From NCBI GenBank assembly GCA_965248695.1, contig CBDFKD010000002.1:608001-672000 (forward strand): a stretch of DNA of 64,000 nt, read 5' to 3'. The stretch comes from Acidobacteriota bacterium (GTDB lineage: Bacteria; Acidobacteriota; UBA890; WLXD01). Every line of letters starts with the position of its first letter. Within the stretch, counting starts at the first letter, position 1. The notes below the pieces were generated by a model, which made no database searches, had not been told where the DNA came from, and was given only the letters and a program-made list of their open reading frames with translations. This document shows positions 1-9,504 of the stretch, piece by piece. Both the position numbers and the translations under genes were made by a program.

Positions 1-150
1 ACGACTGCCGAGCTCGACCAAGTGCGCCAGCAGCTCGCGCAGATGAGCGGCATGGCGGCGCAGGTGCCCGAGGACACCCAGGACATGTTCCAGCTCATGC
101 TCGAGCTGATCAGCGAGCGCATAGCCGAGCTCGAAGGAGAGCAACAATGA
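1..150 (+). CDS. 3' end of an upstream CDS (probably the catalytic partner of the M16 pair)
   Basis: Frame 1 is open from base 1 to TGA at 148-150 and overlaps the next ATG (ATGA coupling). Identity is inferred from the neighbour only. Confidence 0.6.
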   Translation, partial: TTAELDQVRQQLAQMSGMAAQVPEDTQDMFQLMLELISERIAELEGEQQ

Positions 151-1649
151 AGACCGCCAATCGGAGCTGCGCAGTCGCGCTCGCATTCATCGGCTTGTTG
201 GCGATGACCTCGGGCGTCGCAGCGCAGCAGGAGATTGCCTCCCATCCGCGCGAGCTAGCCTTTCCGGATCTCGACTTCCAGCCACCGGACGGCGCCGCGC
301 TTCGCCACGAGCTCAGCGCCGGAACCGTCGCTTATGTGGTCGAGGATCATGCGCTGCCGCTGGTAAACATCGCCATATCCATCCGCGCCGGCGCGTACAC
401 GGTCCCGGCGACAGCGAAACCGGGAGTCGCGGGACTGGCCGGGAGTCAGATGCGAGCCGGCGGCACCACCTCTCGATCGCCAGCCGAGCTCGACGAAGAG
501 CTCGACTTCCTGGCCGCCCAGATCCGCACCAGCATCGGTTCGACGAGCGGCTCCGCCAGCATGAACTGTCTGGTCAAGGACCTCGACGACTGCCTCGACA
601 TGTTCTTCGAGATTCTGCGCCACCCGGGTTACAACCAGGAGCGGCTCGATCTGGCCAAGAGCCAGCAGTTGCAGAGCATGGAGCGGCGCAACGACGATAC
701 CGGCGGAATCGAGCGGCGCGAATGGAGCCGGCTGCTCTACGGCGACGACCACTTCAGCACCCACGCGATGACCGCGGCCGAGCTCGAAGCGATCACACGC
801 GAGGACTTGCTGGCGTTCCACGCCTTCGCAGTGCATCCCGGAAACCTCATTTTCGCCGTTTCCGGCGATGTGCAAACCGACGAGATTCTGGGCCAGATCG
901 AAGCTCGATTGTCGGACTGGCCGGGCGGCGACTCCCCTGGAGATGTGCCTGCCCCGGCATCCGAGCCACAGCCTGGGCTGTACCTGGTTCACAAGGACGA
1001 CGTCAACCAGGGGCGGGTTTCGATCGGCCACCTGAGCACGGTGATCGACAATCCGGATCGTTTCGCGCTACAGATCATGAACAACATTCTCGGCGGCGGC
1101 GGCTTCACGTCGCGCATCCTGTCGCGCGTACGATCCGATGAGGGCCTTGCCTACAGCGCCGGCTCGAGCTTCGGCCTCGGTACCCACTATGACGGTAGTT
1201 TCCGGGCCTTCTTCCAGTCGCGCAGCGAGGCGGTCGCGCGTGCCACCGGCATCGTCATCGAGGAGATTGATCGCATCCGCACCGAGCCGATAGCCGATGA
1301 GGAGCTGACCAACGCCAAGGCTTCTTTCATCGACACCTTCAGCCGCAATTTCGCCAGCGCCGGCCAGATCGCCGGGCTCTTCGCGAGTCTCGAGCTGCAG
1401 GGCCGTGACATCGGCCTGGTATCGACATACCGCGACGACATGGCGGCGGTAACTGCCGCAGACGTGCAGCGCGTGGCGCAGGAGTACCTTCACCCTGACC
1501 GGCTCGTGATCCTCGCGGTGGGCAACGTCGAAGACATTCTCGCCGGCGACCCCGACAACCCGGAGTTCTCACTCGAGGCGATGGCGACCGGTGGTGTGCA
1601 CCGAATTCCGCTCCCCGATCCGATGACGATGGAGTACTCCGGAGGCTAG
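147..1649 (+). CDS. Secreted M16 (pitrilysin/insulinase) family peptidase, non-catalytic-type subunit
   Basis: Signal peptide; two M16 domains; LGGGGFTSRI and RSDEGLAY (R/Y pair) motifs; no HxxEH. Confidence 0.88.
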   Translation: MKTANRSCAVALAFIGLLAMTSGVAAQQEIASHPRELAFPDLDFQPPDGAALRHELSAGTVAYVVEDHALPLVNIAISIRAGAYTVPATAKPGVAGLAGSQMRAGGTTSRSPAELDEELDFLAAQIRTSIGSTSGSASMNCLVKDLDDCLDMFFEILRHPGYNQERLDLAKSQQLQSMERRNDDTGGIERREWSRLLYGDDHFSTHAMTAAELEAITREDLLAFHAFAVHPGNLIFAVSGDVQTDEILGQIEARLSDWPGGDSPGDVPAPASEPQPGLYLVHKDDVNQGRVSIGHLSTVIDNPDRFALQIMNNILGGGGFTSRILSRVRSDEGLAYSAGSSFGLGTHYDGSFRAFFQSRSEAVARATGIVIEEIDRIRTEPIADEELTNAKASFIDTFSRNFASAGQIAGLFASLELQGRDIGLVSTYRDDMAAVTAADVQRVAQEYLHPDRLVILAVGNVEDILAGDPDNPEFSLEAMATGGVHRIPLPDPMTMEYSGG

Positions 1650-1662
1650 CGCCTTCGTTCCG

Positions 1663-3099
1663 GTGATGGGATCCACGCGGACGATCGCCGTACTGGGCGG
1701 CGGCTCGGCCGGTTTCACGGCCGCGCGAACAGCTGCCGAGCTCGGTGCACGTGTGCTCTTCTTCATGGGCGACAACGCCGACATGGCGTCGTTGTGTGTG
1801 AACCGGGGGTGCATGCCGTCGAAGGCGATGTTCGAGCCCATCGACGCCATGCATCACGCTCGACGGCTGGGCATGCTGCGCGTAGAGCCGTTTCGCCCAG
1901 AGGCCCACCTGGCTCAGATCGTGGCCTGGAAGGACCGGGAGATCGCCCGCTTTCGCGCCTACCGCCAGCACGCCATCGCCGCGCACGAGAGCGACGAGTT
2001 CGTCATCGTGAGAGCCGACGCGCAGTTCACCGATGCGCACACGATCACCGCCGAGGGTCTCAGCTACTCGTTCGACGCCGCCGTGATCGCCACCGGGTCG
2101 GTGCCCTACTACCCGGACGTGGATGGGGTCTCGGAGCTGGCGGATGATATCTGGACCAACGACGACATTCTGGAGAACACGGCGCTGCCCGAGTCGCTCG
2201 TCCTCATCGGCGCCGGCGCGATCGGCCTCGAGTTCGCCCTGCGCTATGCGCGGCTGGGGTGCGCAGTAACGGTCATCGCGCGATCGCGGCCGCTGTCGAG
2301 GTACCCGGAGCGCTTCGGCCAACGCCTGGCGAAGATCTACGAGCGCGAGGGCGTGCGCATGATGCAGGCGACATCGCCGCGTCGAGTGCGCCGTGACCGG
2401 GAGGGACTCTACGTCGTCGAGACCGAGGGCCCTGACGGGTTCGAACCCGTGACCGCAGCGCGCGCCATGATGGCAGTCGGCCGTACCCCGGCAATCGGCA
2501 CACTCGACCTGCACCGAGCCGGTGCTGAGCTGGTGGACGGAAGCATTTCGGTGGCCGATGACCTACGGCTCCAGGGCACCGACAATCTGTTCGCCGCCGG
2601 CGACGTGATAGGGCGACGCATGGTGGTGCATCAGGCACATATCGAGGCACGCATAGCAGCGCAGAATGCAGTGACCGACGGAGCGTTGGTCTGGGACCGA
2701 CGTGCCGACGTCCAGGTCGTCTTCTCGGATCCCGAGTTCGCGTACGCTGGAATCACCCCGGCCACGGCGTCCACGAACGGTCATCGGCTCGTACACGGCG
2801 CCAAGGACTCGCGGCTCATCGGCAAGCTGCACCTGGGCGGAGACGATCATGGCTTCGGCGAGTTCATCGCTGACGCCGAGAGCCGTCAGCTCCTGGGCGC
2901 GGGGCTACTGTGCGATGACGCCAGCAACCTGATCCACCTACCGGCATACATGATCGAGCACGGCCACACGATCGACGACGGCGCTGCCGCCGAGTACTAC
3001 CACCCGACGCGCATGGAGATCGTCGCGGCGATCTTCGACACCATGCGCCAACAGCTCGACGGCGCACCATCAACGCCGGGCGCCGACCGGGGCAACTGA
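1663..3099 (+). CDS. Pyridine nucleotide-disulfide oxidoreductase, dihydrolipoamide dehydrogenase-like
   Basis: GGGSAG FAD motif, CVNRGCMPSK redox disulfide, GAGAIGLE NAD motif, AAGDV, C-terminal HPTxxE. Confidence 0.88.
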   Translation: MMGSTRTIAVLGGGSAGFTAARTAAELGARVLFFMGDNADMASLCVNRGCMPSKAMFEPIDAMHHARRLGMLRVEPFRPEAHLAQIVAWKDREIARFRAYRQHAIAAHESDEFVIVRADAQFTDAHTITAEGLSYSFDAAVIATGSVPYYPDVDGVSELADDIWTNDDILENTALPESLVLIGAGAIGLEFALRYARLGCAVTVIARSRPLSRYPERFGQRLAKIYEREGVRMMQATSPRRVRRDREGLYVVETEGPDGFEPVTAARAMMAVGRTPAIGTLDLHRAGAELVDGSISVADDLRLQGTDNLFAAGDVIGRRMVVHQAHIEARIAAQNAVTDGALVWDRRADVQVVFSDPEFAYAGITPATASTNGHRLVHGAKDSRLIGKLHLGGDDHGFGEFIADAESRQLLGAGLLCDDASNLIHLPAYMIEHGHTIDDGAAAEYYHPTRMEIVAAIFDTMRQQLDGAPSTPGADRGN

Positions 3100-3100
3100 C

Positions 3101-3364
3101 TTGCCGACTCTCGAAGGCGACCCGCGCCACGAACCAACGTTGGAAGAGCTGCTACGGCCCCCTACGTTTCAGCATCCGCCGTGGACCGTGGGGATCGTGC
3201 TCGTGTTCGGCGCCGTGGCTCTGCTTTTCGGAATCCTGGTGCAGCCGATCTGGCTGCTGGTCGGATCGCCGTTCATCCTGACGTTGTTCGTATGGGTGCT
3301 GGTGCGACTGACCCAGTGGCGCCGGCGTCGCGCGGAATATCGGGAGCCCTCTCCCGACGTATAG
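3101..3364 (+). CDS. Small membrane protein (two TM helices)
   Basis: Starts 1 nt after the upstream stop; two hydrophobic segments followed by a basic tail. Confidence 0.65.
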   Translation: MPTLEGDPRHEPTLEELLRPPTFQHPPWTVGIVLVFGAVALLFGILVQPIWLLVGSPFILTLFVWVLVRLTQWRRRRAEYREPSPDV

Positions 3365-3446
3365 ACTGGTTTCAGGGCGACGCGAGCTAGACAACAAGGG
3401 GGACGCTGGCGGTCTCGAGCCGCCGGAGCTCGGCAAGGAGATTCTC

Positions 3447-4055
3447 ATGCGAACTACACCTACCATCGCCATTGTCTGCGCGTTTTCGATCATCGGAGCA
3501 CCGCTGCTGGCAGCCCAGAAAGCGGATACCGGCGTTCCGTCGGGCACTCGAGCGACGATTGCGCTGCGTGGCTGGCTGAGCTCGGCGGATGCCAATGTCG
3601 GGGACGCGTTCGAGGCCGAGCTGGTGAATGACATCCTCGTCGAGGGTCAGCTCGTCGTCCCCGCCGGAGCAACGTTCGTAGGCCGCGTGGCCGAGGTCGA
3701 GCGCGCCCGCAGCCGAAGCCGCGGCGGCAAGCTCACGCTGGTCATTGACAGGCTGGTGAGCGGCGACGGCGATTCGGCGCCGGCGCTCGCGACGGTCACC
3801 GGTGTCGCCGACGGCGGCGAGCTCGAAGGTGACGACGACAAGGGCAAGAAGGCGGGAATCGGCGGCGCCATCGGCGGCGTCCTGGGTGCCATCATCGGTG
3901 GCACCACCGGGCTGCTTGTCGGGCTCGTCGTCGGTGCCGGGGGCGCTATTGCCGGCGCGCGCGGAAAGGACGTCGAGCTCCCGGAGAACACCAATCTCCT
4001 GGTGAAATTCGACCGGCAGGTGGACGTCACCTGGACTTGGCTACCGCAGAGTTAA
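3447..4055 (+). CDS. Secreted protein with a TrbI/VirB10-like beta domain and glycine zipper
   Basis: AAGGAG RBS, signal peptide, VPSGT...LSS...GD.F...VVPAGA pattern, GGAIGGVLGAIIGG zipper. Confidence 0.7.
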   Translation: MRTTPTIAIVCAFSIIGAPLLAAQKADTGVPSGTRATIALRGWLSSADANVGDAFEAELVNDILVEGQLVVPAGATFVGRVAEVERARSRSRGGKLTLVIDRLVSGDGDSAPALATVTGVADGGELEGDDDKGKKAGIGGAIGGVLGAIIGGTTGLLVGLVVGAGGAIAGARGKDVELPENTNLLVKFDRQVDVTWTWLPQS

Positions 4056-4135
4056 GGCCCGAAACGGGCACCGGTCGACGGCGGTGGCGCGCTGACTGGC
4101 GATGGGGCGCGACTCAGTGACCGCCGCCGATCACA

Positions 4136-5125
4136 CTACGATTCGCCGATCTGCTGCTTCAGCGCAGCGATCATCTGCTCGATGCTGTCCCGGTCGGGGG
4201 CGTCCGGAAGCTGCTCCAGGTAGCTCTCGAGCATCTCGATCGACTTGTCGTACTCCTGCGTCTGCAGATAAGCGTAGCCGAGATTCTTGCGCGCTACGGG
4301 GAAGTCTTCCCGCAAGACCAAGGCCCGCTGCATGTGCTCGATGCCATCTTCGACCTGCTGCAGCTGCAGCATGACGGCCCCGGCGTTGTACTGCAGCTCG
4401 GCGTTATCGAGCGACTGCGCGGCTGCGGCTCGCAGGTGGGGCAGCGCGCCCTCGAAATCTTGCTGGGCGGTGTACGCCTGTGACGCCAGTTGGTGCGCCG
4501 AGAGGCTGTCCGGTCTCAGCTTCAATATCTCGCCGGTCGAAACCAGTGTGGCGGCGTGGTCGCCCTGCTCGTAGGCAGCCAGTGCGAGGAGCTCATGGGC
4601 GCTCACGCTCATCGTGTCCACTTCCTCACCGCTGACCTGTTTCATGCCTTCCAGCAACGCGTCGAGTGAGGACTTCATGGTGACCCAGTCCTTTTCCTCG
4701 TAGGCGGCAAAGCCCTCCTCATAGAGCTCGTTGAGGGCGCTGTAGTCCACCAGATCCGCAGGCACTCCCAGCGCCAGTACGACGTCGTAGGTGTTGTCCC
4801 CGTGACTGAACCGAATACCGTTGTTGAACTGGGTGTCGTAGCCGTCTGCCTCGACGCGCAGGTTGTAGTCCAGGGTGGCGTAGAAGCCACGGCCCTGGTA
4901 CTCGCCGTTTTCGTCCGTGGTCAGGGTGCGTTCACGCCCGTATTCGGGGTCGCGGACAATCACCTCCGCCCCGCCAATTGGCACCCCGTCGGTGTCTATG
5001 ACCTTGCCCCTGAGGCTACAGTCGGCGACCCCCTGAGCCAGGAGCGGCGCAGCGGTCGTCAGCACGAGGCCGACTGCCAGGACGGGGACTAATGAAGTCG
5101 GAAAGCGTCGTTTCGGTGAGAGCAT
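4136..5125 (-). CDS. Secreted carboxypeptidase-regulatory-like domain plus TPR protein
   Basis: Signal peptide; GKVIDTDGVPIGGAEV...TTDENGEY domain; C-terminal TPRs (ARKNLGYAYL). Confidence 0.82.
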   Translation of the reverse strand: MLSPKRRFPTSLVPVLAVGLVLTTAAPLLAQGVADCSLRGKVIDTDGVPIGGAEVIVRDPEYGRERTLTTDENGEYQGRGFYATLDYNLRVEADGYDTQFNNGIRFSHGDNTYDVVLALGVPADLVDYSALNELYEEGFAAYEEKDWVTMKSSLDALLEGMKQVSGEEVDTMSVSAHELLALAAYEQGDHAATLVSTGEILKLRPDSLSAHQLASQAYTAQQDFEGALPHLRAAAAQSLDNAELQYNAGAVMLQLQQVEDGIEHMQRALVLREDFPVARKNLGYAYLQTQEYDKSIEMLESYLEQLPDAPDRDSIEQMIAALKQQIGES

Positions 5126-5262
5126 CCAAGCCTCCGGTCGGCCTGATTCGGGATGAACGGAAGGAAGTGTATCTGTACCTTAGCGCACGTGTGACGATGC
5201 TCAAGGTCGCCCGTTACAACACTCGCTCAAGCTGCCGATACGGGCGTTGCCGGGCGTTGCCA

Positions 5263-6201
5263 CTATGATTTTGTCACCAGGCCGTGCTCGAGCGCTAGCG
5301 CGACGGTGGCCCTGTGAATATCGACGATATCCGCGACTTCGGCCGAGTACCCGCCTGCCATCACCACGGCCACCGGAAGCGCACGGTCACGACACCAATC
5401 GAGCACGCAACGATCGCGCGCCATTAGGCCCTCTTTGGAGAGCATCAGCCGCCCGAGTCGATCGCCGGCGAACGGATCTGCTCCCGAGACGTAGACCACG
5501 AGATCCGCCTCGTGGCGAGCCGGTCGATCGCCCAGCGCCGCCTCGAGCGCGATCAGGTACTCGGCATCGGCCGTTCCGTCGTCGAGCGCGACGTCGAGGT
5601 CGCTCGACTCCTTGTGGAAGGGGAAGTTCCGCCGACCGTGGATCGAAAGCGTGAAGACGCTCGGGTCGTCACAGAACACTGCCGCGGTCCCGTTGCCCTG
5701 GTGCACGTCACAATCCACCACCAGCACCCGGACCAGTCGCCGCGCTCGCTGGTGTACGCGGATGGCGACGGCCACGTCGTTGAACACACAGTAGCCCTCG
5801 CCGTGATCGGCGAACGCATGGTGCGTACCACCGGCCAGGTTCACTCCAACGCCACCATCGAGGGCTGCAGCACACGCCGCAATCGTGCCTCCGACGGACC
5901 GGCGCGAGCGCTCCACGAGCTGCGGCGACCACGGGAAGCCGATGCGTCGGATCTCTCGCGGGGTGAGACGACCCGCGGTAGCACGGCAGATGTAGTCGGG
6001 TGTATGCGCGAGCCGCAGTTGCTCGTCGGTGGCCGCCTCCGGGATCTGGAGATCGGCGGCCGAGATCACTGCCGTATCAAGCAGCCGCTCACGGAGCCGC
6101 CTGTACTTCTCCATCGGGAAACGATGGCCGTGCGGCAGCGGCAAGACGAACTCGTCACTGTAGAAGATTTGTGACCGCGATCTGATTATGGTCGCGACCA
6201 A
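5263..6201 (-). CDS. Histone deacetylase family protein
   Basis: HRFPMEKY, GGTHHA, GYCVFND, DCDVHQGNG, GADPFAGDRLG and GGY motifs. Confidence 0.93.
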   Translation of the reverse strand: MVATIIRSRSQIFYSDEFVLPLPHGHRFPMEKYRRLRERLLDTAVISAADLQIPEAATDEQLRLAHTPDYICRATAGRLTPREIRRIGFPWSPQLVERSRRSVGGTIAACAAALDGGVGVNLAGGTHHAFADHGEGYCVFNDVAVAIRVHQRARRLVRVLVVDCDVHQGNGTAAVFCDDPSVFTLSIHGRRNFPFHKESSDLDVALDDGTADAEYLIALEAALGDRPARHEADLVVYVSGADPFAGDRLGRLMLSKEGLMARDRCVLDWCRDRALPVAVVMAGGYSAEVADIVDIHRATVALALEHGLVTKS

Positions 6202-6223
6202 GCGCCGTCAGCGGCCAACGACG

Positions 6224-7171
6224 TCACTGCAGCAACGACGGACGAAACACCGCCGTCTGTTCGAGCATCCGATCCTTCTGTCCGCCGGTGAACCGGACCA
6301 TGCAACGATCGTCGGTGTAATCCATGAAGTTGGTCGTCGGATCGCGCCGCGGAAGATCGGGACAGGAGTCCTTCTTCGTCGGACAGCCCTTCGTCGGAAC
6401 ACCCTCGGCCGGGGTGTCGTCAACGCGGTCGCCGAGGTTGGAACAACCTCCCTGGAACGTGTGATAGAGCCCCAGGTAGTGGCCAACTTCGTGCGTCAGG
6501 GTGTCGCCTTCGTTGAAGCGCGCGAACTCGCCGCCGGGCAAGGAGGCGTGGTGGATCACCACCCCGTGCATCGAGTGGTCCTCACCCTCCCAATCGCTCG
6601 GGAACCAGGCATAGCCCAAAATCGAGCTTGTCGGACGACACGTGTAGACATTGAGCGTGTTCGCCGGGTCGACCGCGTGTTTCTGCTTGAAGTCCCTTTC
6701 GACGCCGATGTCGAGACACCTGGTGGCGAACCGATTGTCATCGTGCCGGATGAGCGTTTGTAGCTGGAACTTGAACCCCTTGCTACTGAAAGCAGCGTTG
6801 AGAACGGCCATTTGATCGTCGACCTGCTGATCCGTCACGTCGAACGACCCGTTCTTCTTTCGCACCACGTGGAAGGCCACTGGGACCCTGATCTTCCCCG
6901 CACCTGCCACCAGGTCGGGTTGCACCAACCCGCTGCCGACGACCAGATCAATGAGGTCTTTCTCGGCCTCGCTGACCGGCCGAGTGGCGCATCTCAGCAG
7001 CGACGTCTCGCCCGATAGCAACGCGGCCCCGGCGCCCGCGATCAGCTGGGAACGGTCCCAGCCCTGCGGGTACTCCTGGAGCACTTCACGGGATGTCTGT
7101 TGGCGCGCCGGCACCGCGGCGAACGCCAGCGCCAGGCACGACATGCATATGACTACAGTTGGCCTACTCAT
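6224..7171 (-). CDS. M43 (pappalysin/ulilysin) zinc metalloprotease
   Basis: Signal peptide; HEVGHYLGLYHTF; NFMDYT Met-turn. Confidence 0.92.
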   Translation of the reverse strand: MSRPTVVICMSCLALAFAAVPARQQTSREVLQEYPQGWDRSQLIAGAGAALLSGETSLLRCATRPVSEAEKDLIDLVVGSGLVQPDLVAGAGKIRVPVAFHVVRKKNGSFDVTDQQVDDQMAVLNAAFSSKGFKFQLQTLIRHDDNRFATRCLDIGVERDFKQKHAVDPANTLNVYTCRPTSSILGYAWFPSDWEGEDHSMHGVVIHHASLPGGEFARFNEGDTLTHEVGHYLGLYHTFQGGCSNLGDRVDDTPAEGVPTKGCPTKKDSCPDLPRRDPTTNFMDYTDDRCMVRFTGGQKDRMLEQTAVFRPSLLQ

Positions 7172-7314
7172 CAGAGGACGAACTCCAAAGCGCAGACAGA
7201 AGGGGTACGTCCGATCTTACAGCTGCAGGGCACAACGGGCACGGCCTTCCTGGCCGCGCCTGTGCCATATGAAACGGCGGGGAAGCGTTCAGTACGGGCC
7301 GGCACCCGCCCAGG

Positions 7315-8028
7315 TCAGCGGCCCATCCGCAGAAGATCAGGCACGGTGACGAGCCGGAATCCTCGGCTCGACAGGTTGGCGACCATCCATCGGGTTGCCG
7401 TGACGACGTGCGACCGGTCGCCGCCGCCATCGTGGAGCAGCACGATCGAGCCTGGACGCACCTGGGTAAGGGTGCGCAGCGCGACTCGGTGCGCTGATCG
7501 AGTGCTCCAGTCGCTTACCTGAACCGACCACAAGACAACGGTGTGACCCTCCGACGCGGGAAGCCCGTCCGGGCCTCGTAGCCTCGAGTCCATCGATCCG
7601 AACGGTGGACGCAACAGCCAGGGACGTGACCCCGTCGCCGCCTGGATCGCCTGGTCGGCACGCCGGATCTCGGCGCGCACGGATGTGCTGGTCAGCGTCG
7701 GCAATGAGCGATGCGTGAACGAATGATTGCCGATGGCGTGCCCTTCGCGCCGAATCCGCCTGGCCAACGCCGGGTGGCGCTCGACGTTCTCGCCGATCAG
7801 GAAGAACGTTGCTACCACACCCTGATCTCGGAGAACGTCGAGAATCTGAGCGGTATATGGGTCGCGCGGGCCATCGTCGAACGTCAGTGCCACGACCGGC
7901 TCGCGAACATGGACGCTGGAGACTACCTGGCCCGCTCGCTCAGCGGCGGCAACACGAGGTGGTTTGGCGAGCGCTGCGGCGACGAGAGCGAGCGCCACTG
8001 CCAGGACTAACGAGAACCGACCAAACAT
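7315..8028 (-). CDS. Polysaccharide deacetylase (NodB/CE4)
   Basis: LTFDDGP, NHSFTH, RPPFG, DW and LLHDGG motifs; signal peptide. Confidence 0.92.
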   Translation of the reverse strand: MFGRFSLVLAVALALVAAALAKPPRVAAAERAGQVVSSVHVREPVVALTFDDGPRDPYTAQILDVLRDQGVVATFFLIGENVERHPALARRIRREGHAIGNHSFTHRSLPTLTSTSVRAEIRRADQAIQAATGSRPWLLRPPFGSMDSRLRGPDGLPASEGHTVVLWSVQVSDWSTRSAHRVALRTLTQVRPGSIVLLHDGGGDRSHVVTATRWMVANLSSRGFRLVTVPDLLRMGR

Positions 8029-8165
8029 CTCCCACTCGCGGTCCCAGGCCGGGCGTAATTATAGAACGATGCGTCGCGGTATCGCGTCGGCCACAGCGGC
8101 TCGACGGGCTGGGGAAGCCGACGCCGGCCAGCAGCGACCCGATAGCACCGGGCCGAAGTGGCGGC

Positions 8166-9218
8166 TTATGAGGGGCTGCGGACGTAGATCGTTACCGCGG
8201 GACCGAACAGCGCCACGAACGCCGGATTCTCGGCGGCGACCATGTCGATGATGTTCATGTCCGGCAGGAAGTTCAGCCGACGGCGAATCGGCACCGCTGC
8301 CTTGAGGCGTTTCTCGAGGTCGCTCTCCGCTTGACGCTGCTGGGCAGGCTGGCGCAGGCCACGGTAGATCACCATGAACGAAAACTGGCGGTGCGGATCA
8401 GTGGATCGGAGTCCGGCGCCGTACAGGTACAGCGCCTCGAGCCAGGCGAAGTCGTCCCAGGTACCGTCGAGGGTGGCCAACGAGACCGCCGCCTCCTGAA
8501 CGGTCATCTTGGTTATGCGGCGACGCCTGCGCTTGGGTGCGGTGGGAACTGCCTTCGCCGCATCCTCAGGCGGCGCAATAGCTGCCTTGGTGGCGTCTAC
8601 GTCCCGGTCGCCTGACGTCTTCTTCTTCGCCGCGACCTTCTTCTTCGCCGCGACCTTCTTCTTCGCCGCGACCTTCTTCTTCGCCGCGACCTTCTTCTTC
8701 GCTACCACCTTCTTCTTCGCTACCACCTTCTTCTTCGCTACCACCTTCTTCTTCGCTACCACCTTCTTCTTCGCTACCACCTTCTTCTTCGCTACGACCT
8801 TCTTCTTCGCTGCGACCTTCTTCTTCGCTACGACCTTCTTCTTCGCTGCGACCTTCTTCTTCGCTGCGACCTTCTTCTTCGCTACGACCTTCTTCTTCGC
8901 CGCGACCTTCTTCTTCGCTACCACCTTCTTCTTCGCGACAACCTTCTTCTTCGCCGCAACCTTCTTCTTCGCCGCGACCTTCTTCTTCGCTGCGACCTTC
9001 TTCTTCGCTACGACCTTCTTCTTCGCCGCAACCTTCTTCTTCGCCGCAACCTTCTTCTTCGCTGCGACCTTCTTCTTCGCCGCGACCTTCTTCTTCGCCG
9101 CGACCTTCTTCTTCGCCGCGACCTTGCTGCGCGCAGCAGGCTTCCTGGCGGCTGGAGTCTTGCGCGCCGCCCGGCTGGCTGTGGCTCTCTTCTTGGCCTT
9201 CTTCTTGGCCATCATCAA
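8166..9218 (-). CDS. Histone H1-like Lys/Ala/Val repeat protein with a C-terminal globular domain (degenerate MNT-like)
   Basis: 28 V[A/V]AKKK hexapeptides, then a ~115-aa domain containing LEALYLYGAGLR...FSFMVIY. Confidence 0.8.
   Translation of the reverse strand: MMMAKKKAKKRATASRAARKTPAARKPAARSKVAAKKKVAAKKKVAAKKKVAAKKKVAAKKKVAAKKKVVAKKKVAAKKKVAAKKKVAAKKKVVAKKKVVAKKKVAAKKKVVAKKKVAAKKKVAAKKKVVAKKKVAAKKKVVAKKKVVAKKKVVAKKKVVAKKKVVAKKKVVAKKKVAAKKKVAAKKKVAAKKKVAAKKKTSGDRDVDATKAAIAPPEDAAKAVPTAPKRRRRRITKMTVQEAAVSLATLDGTWDDFAWLEALYLYGAGLRSTDPHRQFSFMVIYRGLRQPAQQRQAESDLEKRLKAAVPIRRRLNFLPDMNIIDMVAAENPAFVALFGPAVTIYVRSPS
8620..9123 (-). repeat. Coding 18-bp tandem repeat, 28 units
   Basis: + strand unit ACCTTCTTCTTCGC-N4, with variation confined to the last four positions; no spacers. 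Confidence 0.95.
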
Positions 9219-9504
9219 CCTCTCAGCGCCCGGAAGCTCTGTGGCGACAAGCCGTGCCAGCTGGCCGCAACGACCCGGAGGCTCGGATACCCCTCGCAGA
9301 TGCCGAGGACCCGGTTTCGGGGGACTCAGGGTAAGTATCTTCGTTTTATATTCGTCTTGAGGCGAATACGGTACGAATAAAATCCCCTAGAAGACTCCCC
9401 AGAACCCCTTATGGACCGGATTCACGCCTCGCGTCAATGGGCCGGCACGGGGCCGGAGCATTCCGTCGACGGCGTTTCTCGGTCATACGAGCTACGCTGG
9501 CGGT

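Noticed and set aside
1663-3099. Mercuric reductase MerA
   Set aside because: No C-terminal Cys-Cys pair, no N-terminal metal-binding domain and no mer genes; HPTxxE fits the lipoamide dehydrogenase type.
3447-4055. Type IV secretion / conjugation locus
   Set aside because: Only one VirB10-like domain protein, with no other T4SS genes.
8620-9123. Possible CRISPR array
   Set aside because: Contiguous 18-bp units with no unique spacers, in-frame codon-level variation and no cas genes; it is a coding repeat.
8509-9360. Plus-strand ORF of FFFAAT repeats (also 28476-28841, 28435-29031 and 28074-29138)
   Set aside because: Antisense or alternative-frame shadows of the Lys-rich repeats; for the 28.5-kb gene the RBS and terminator support the Lys-rich minus-strand frame.
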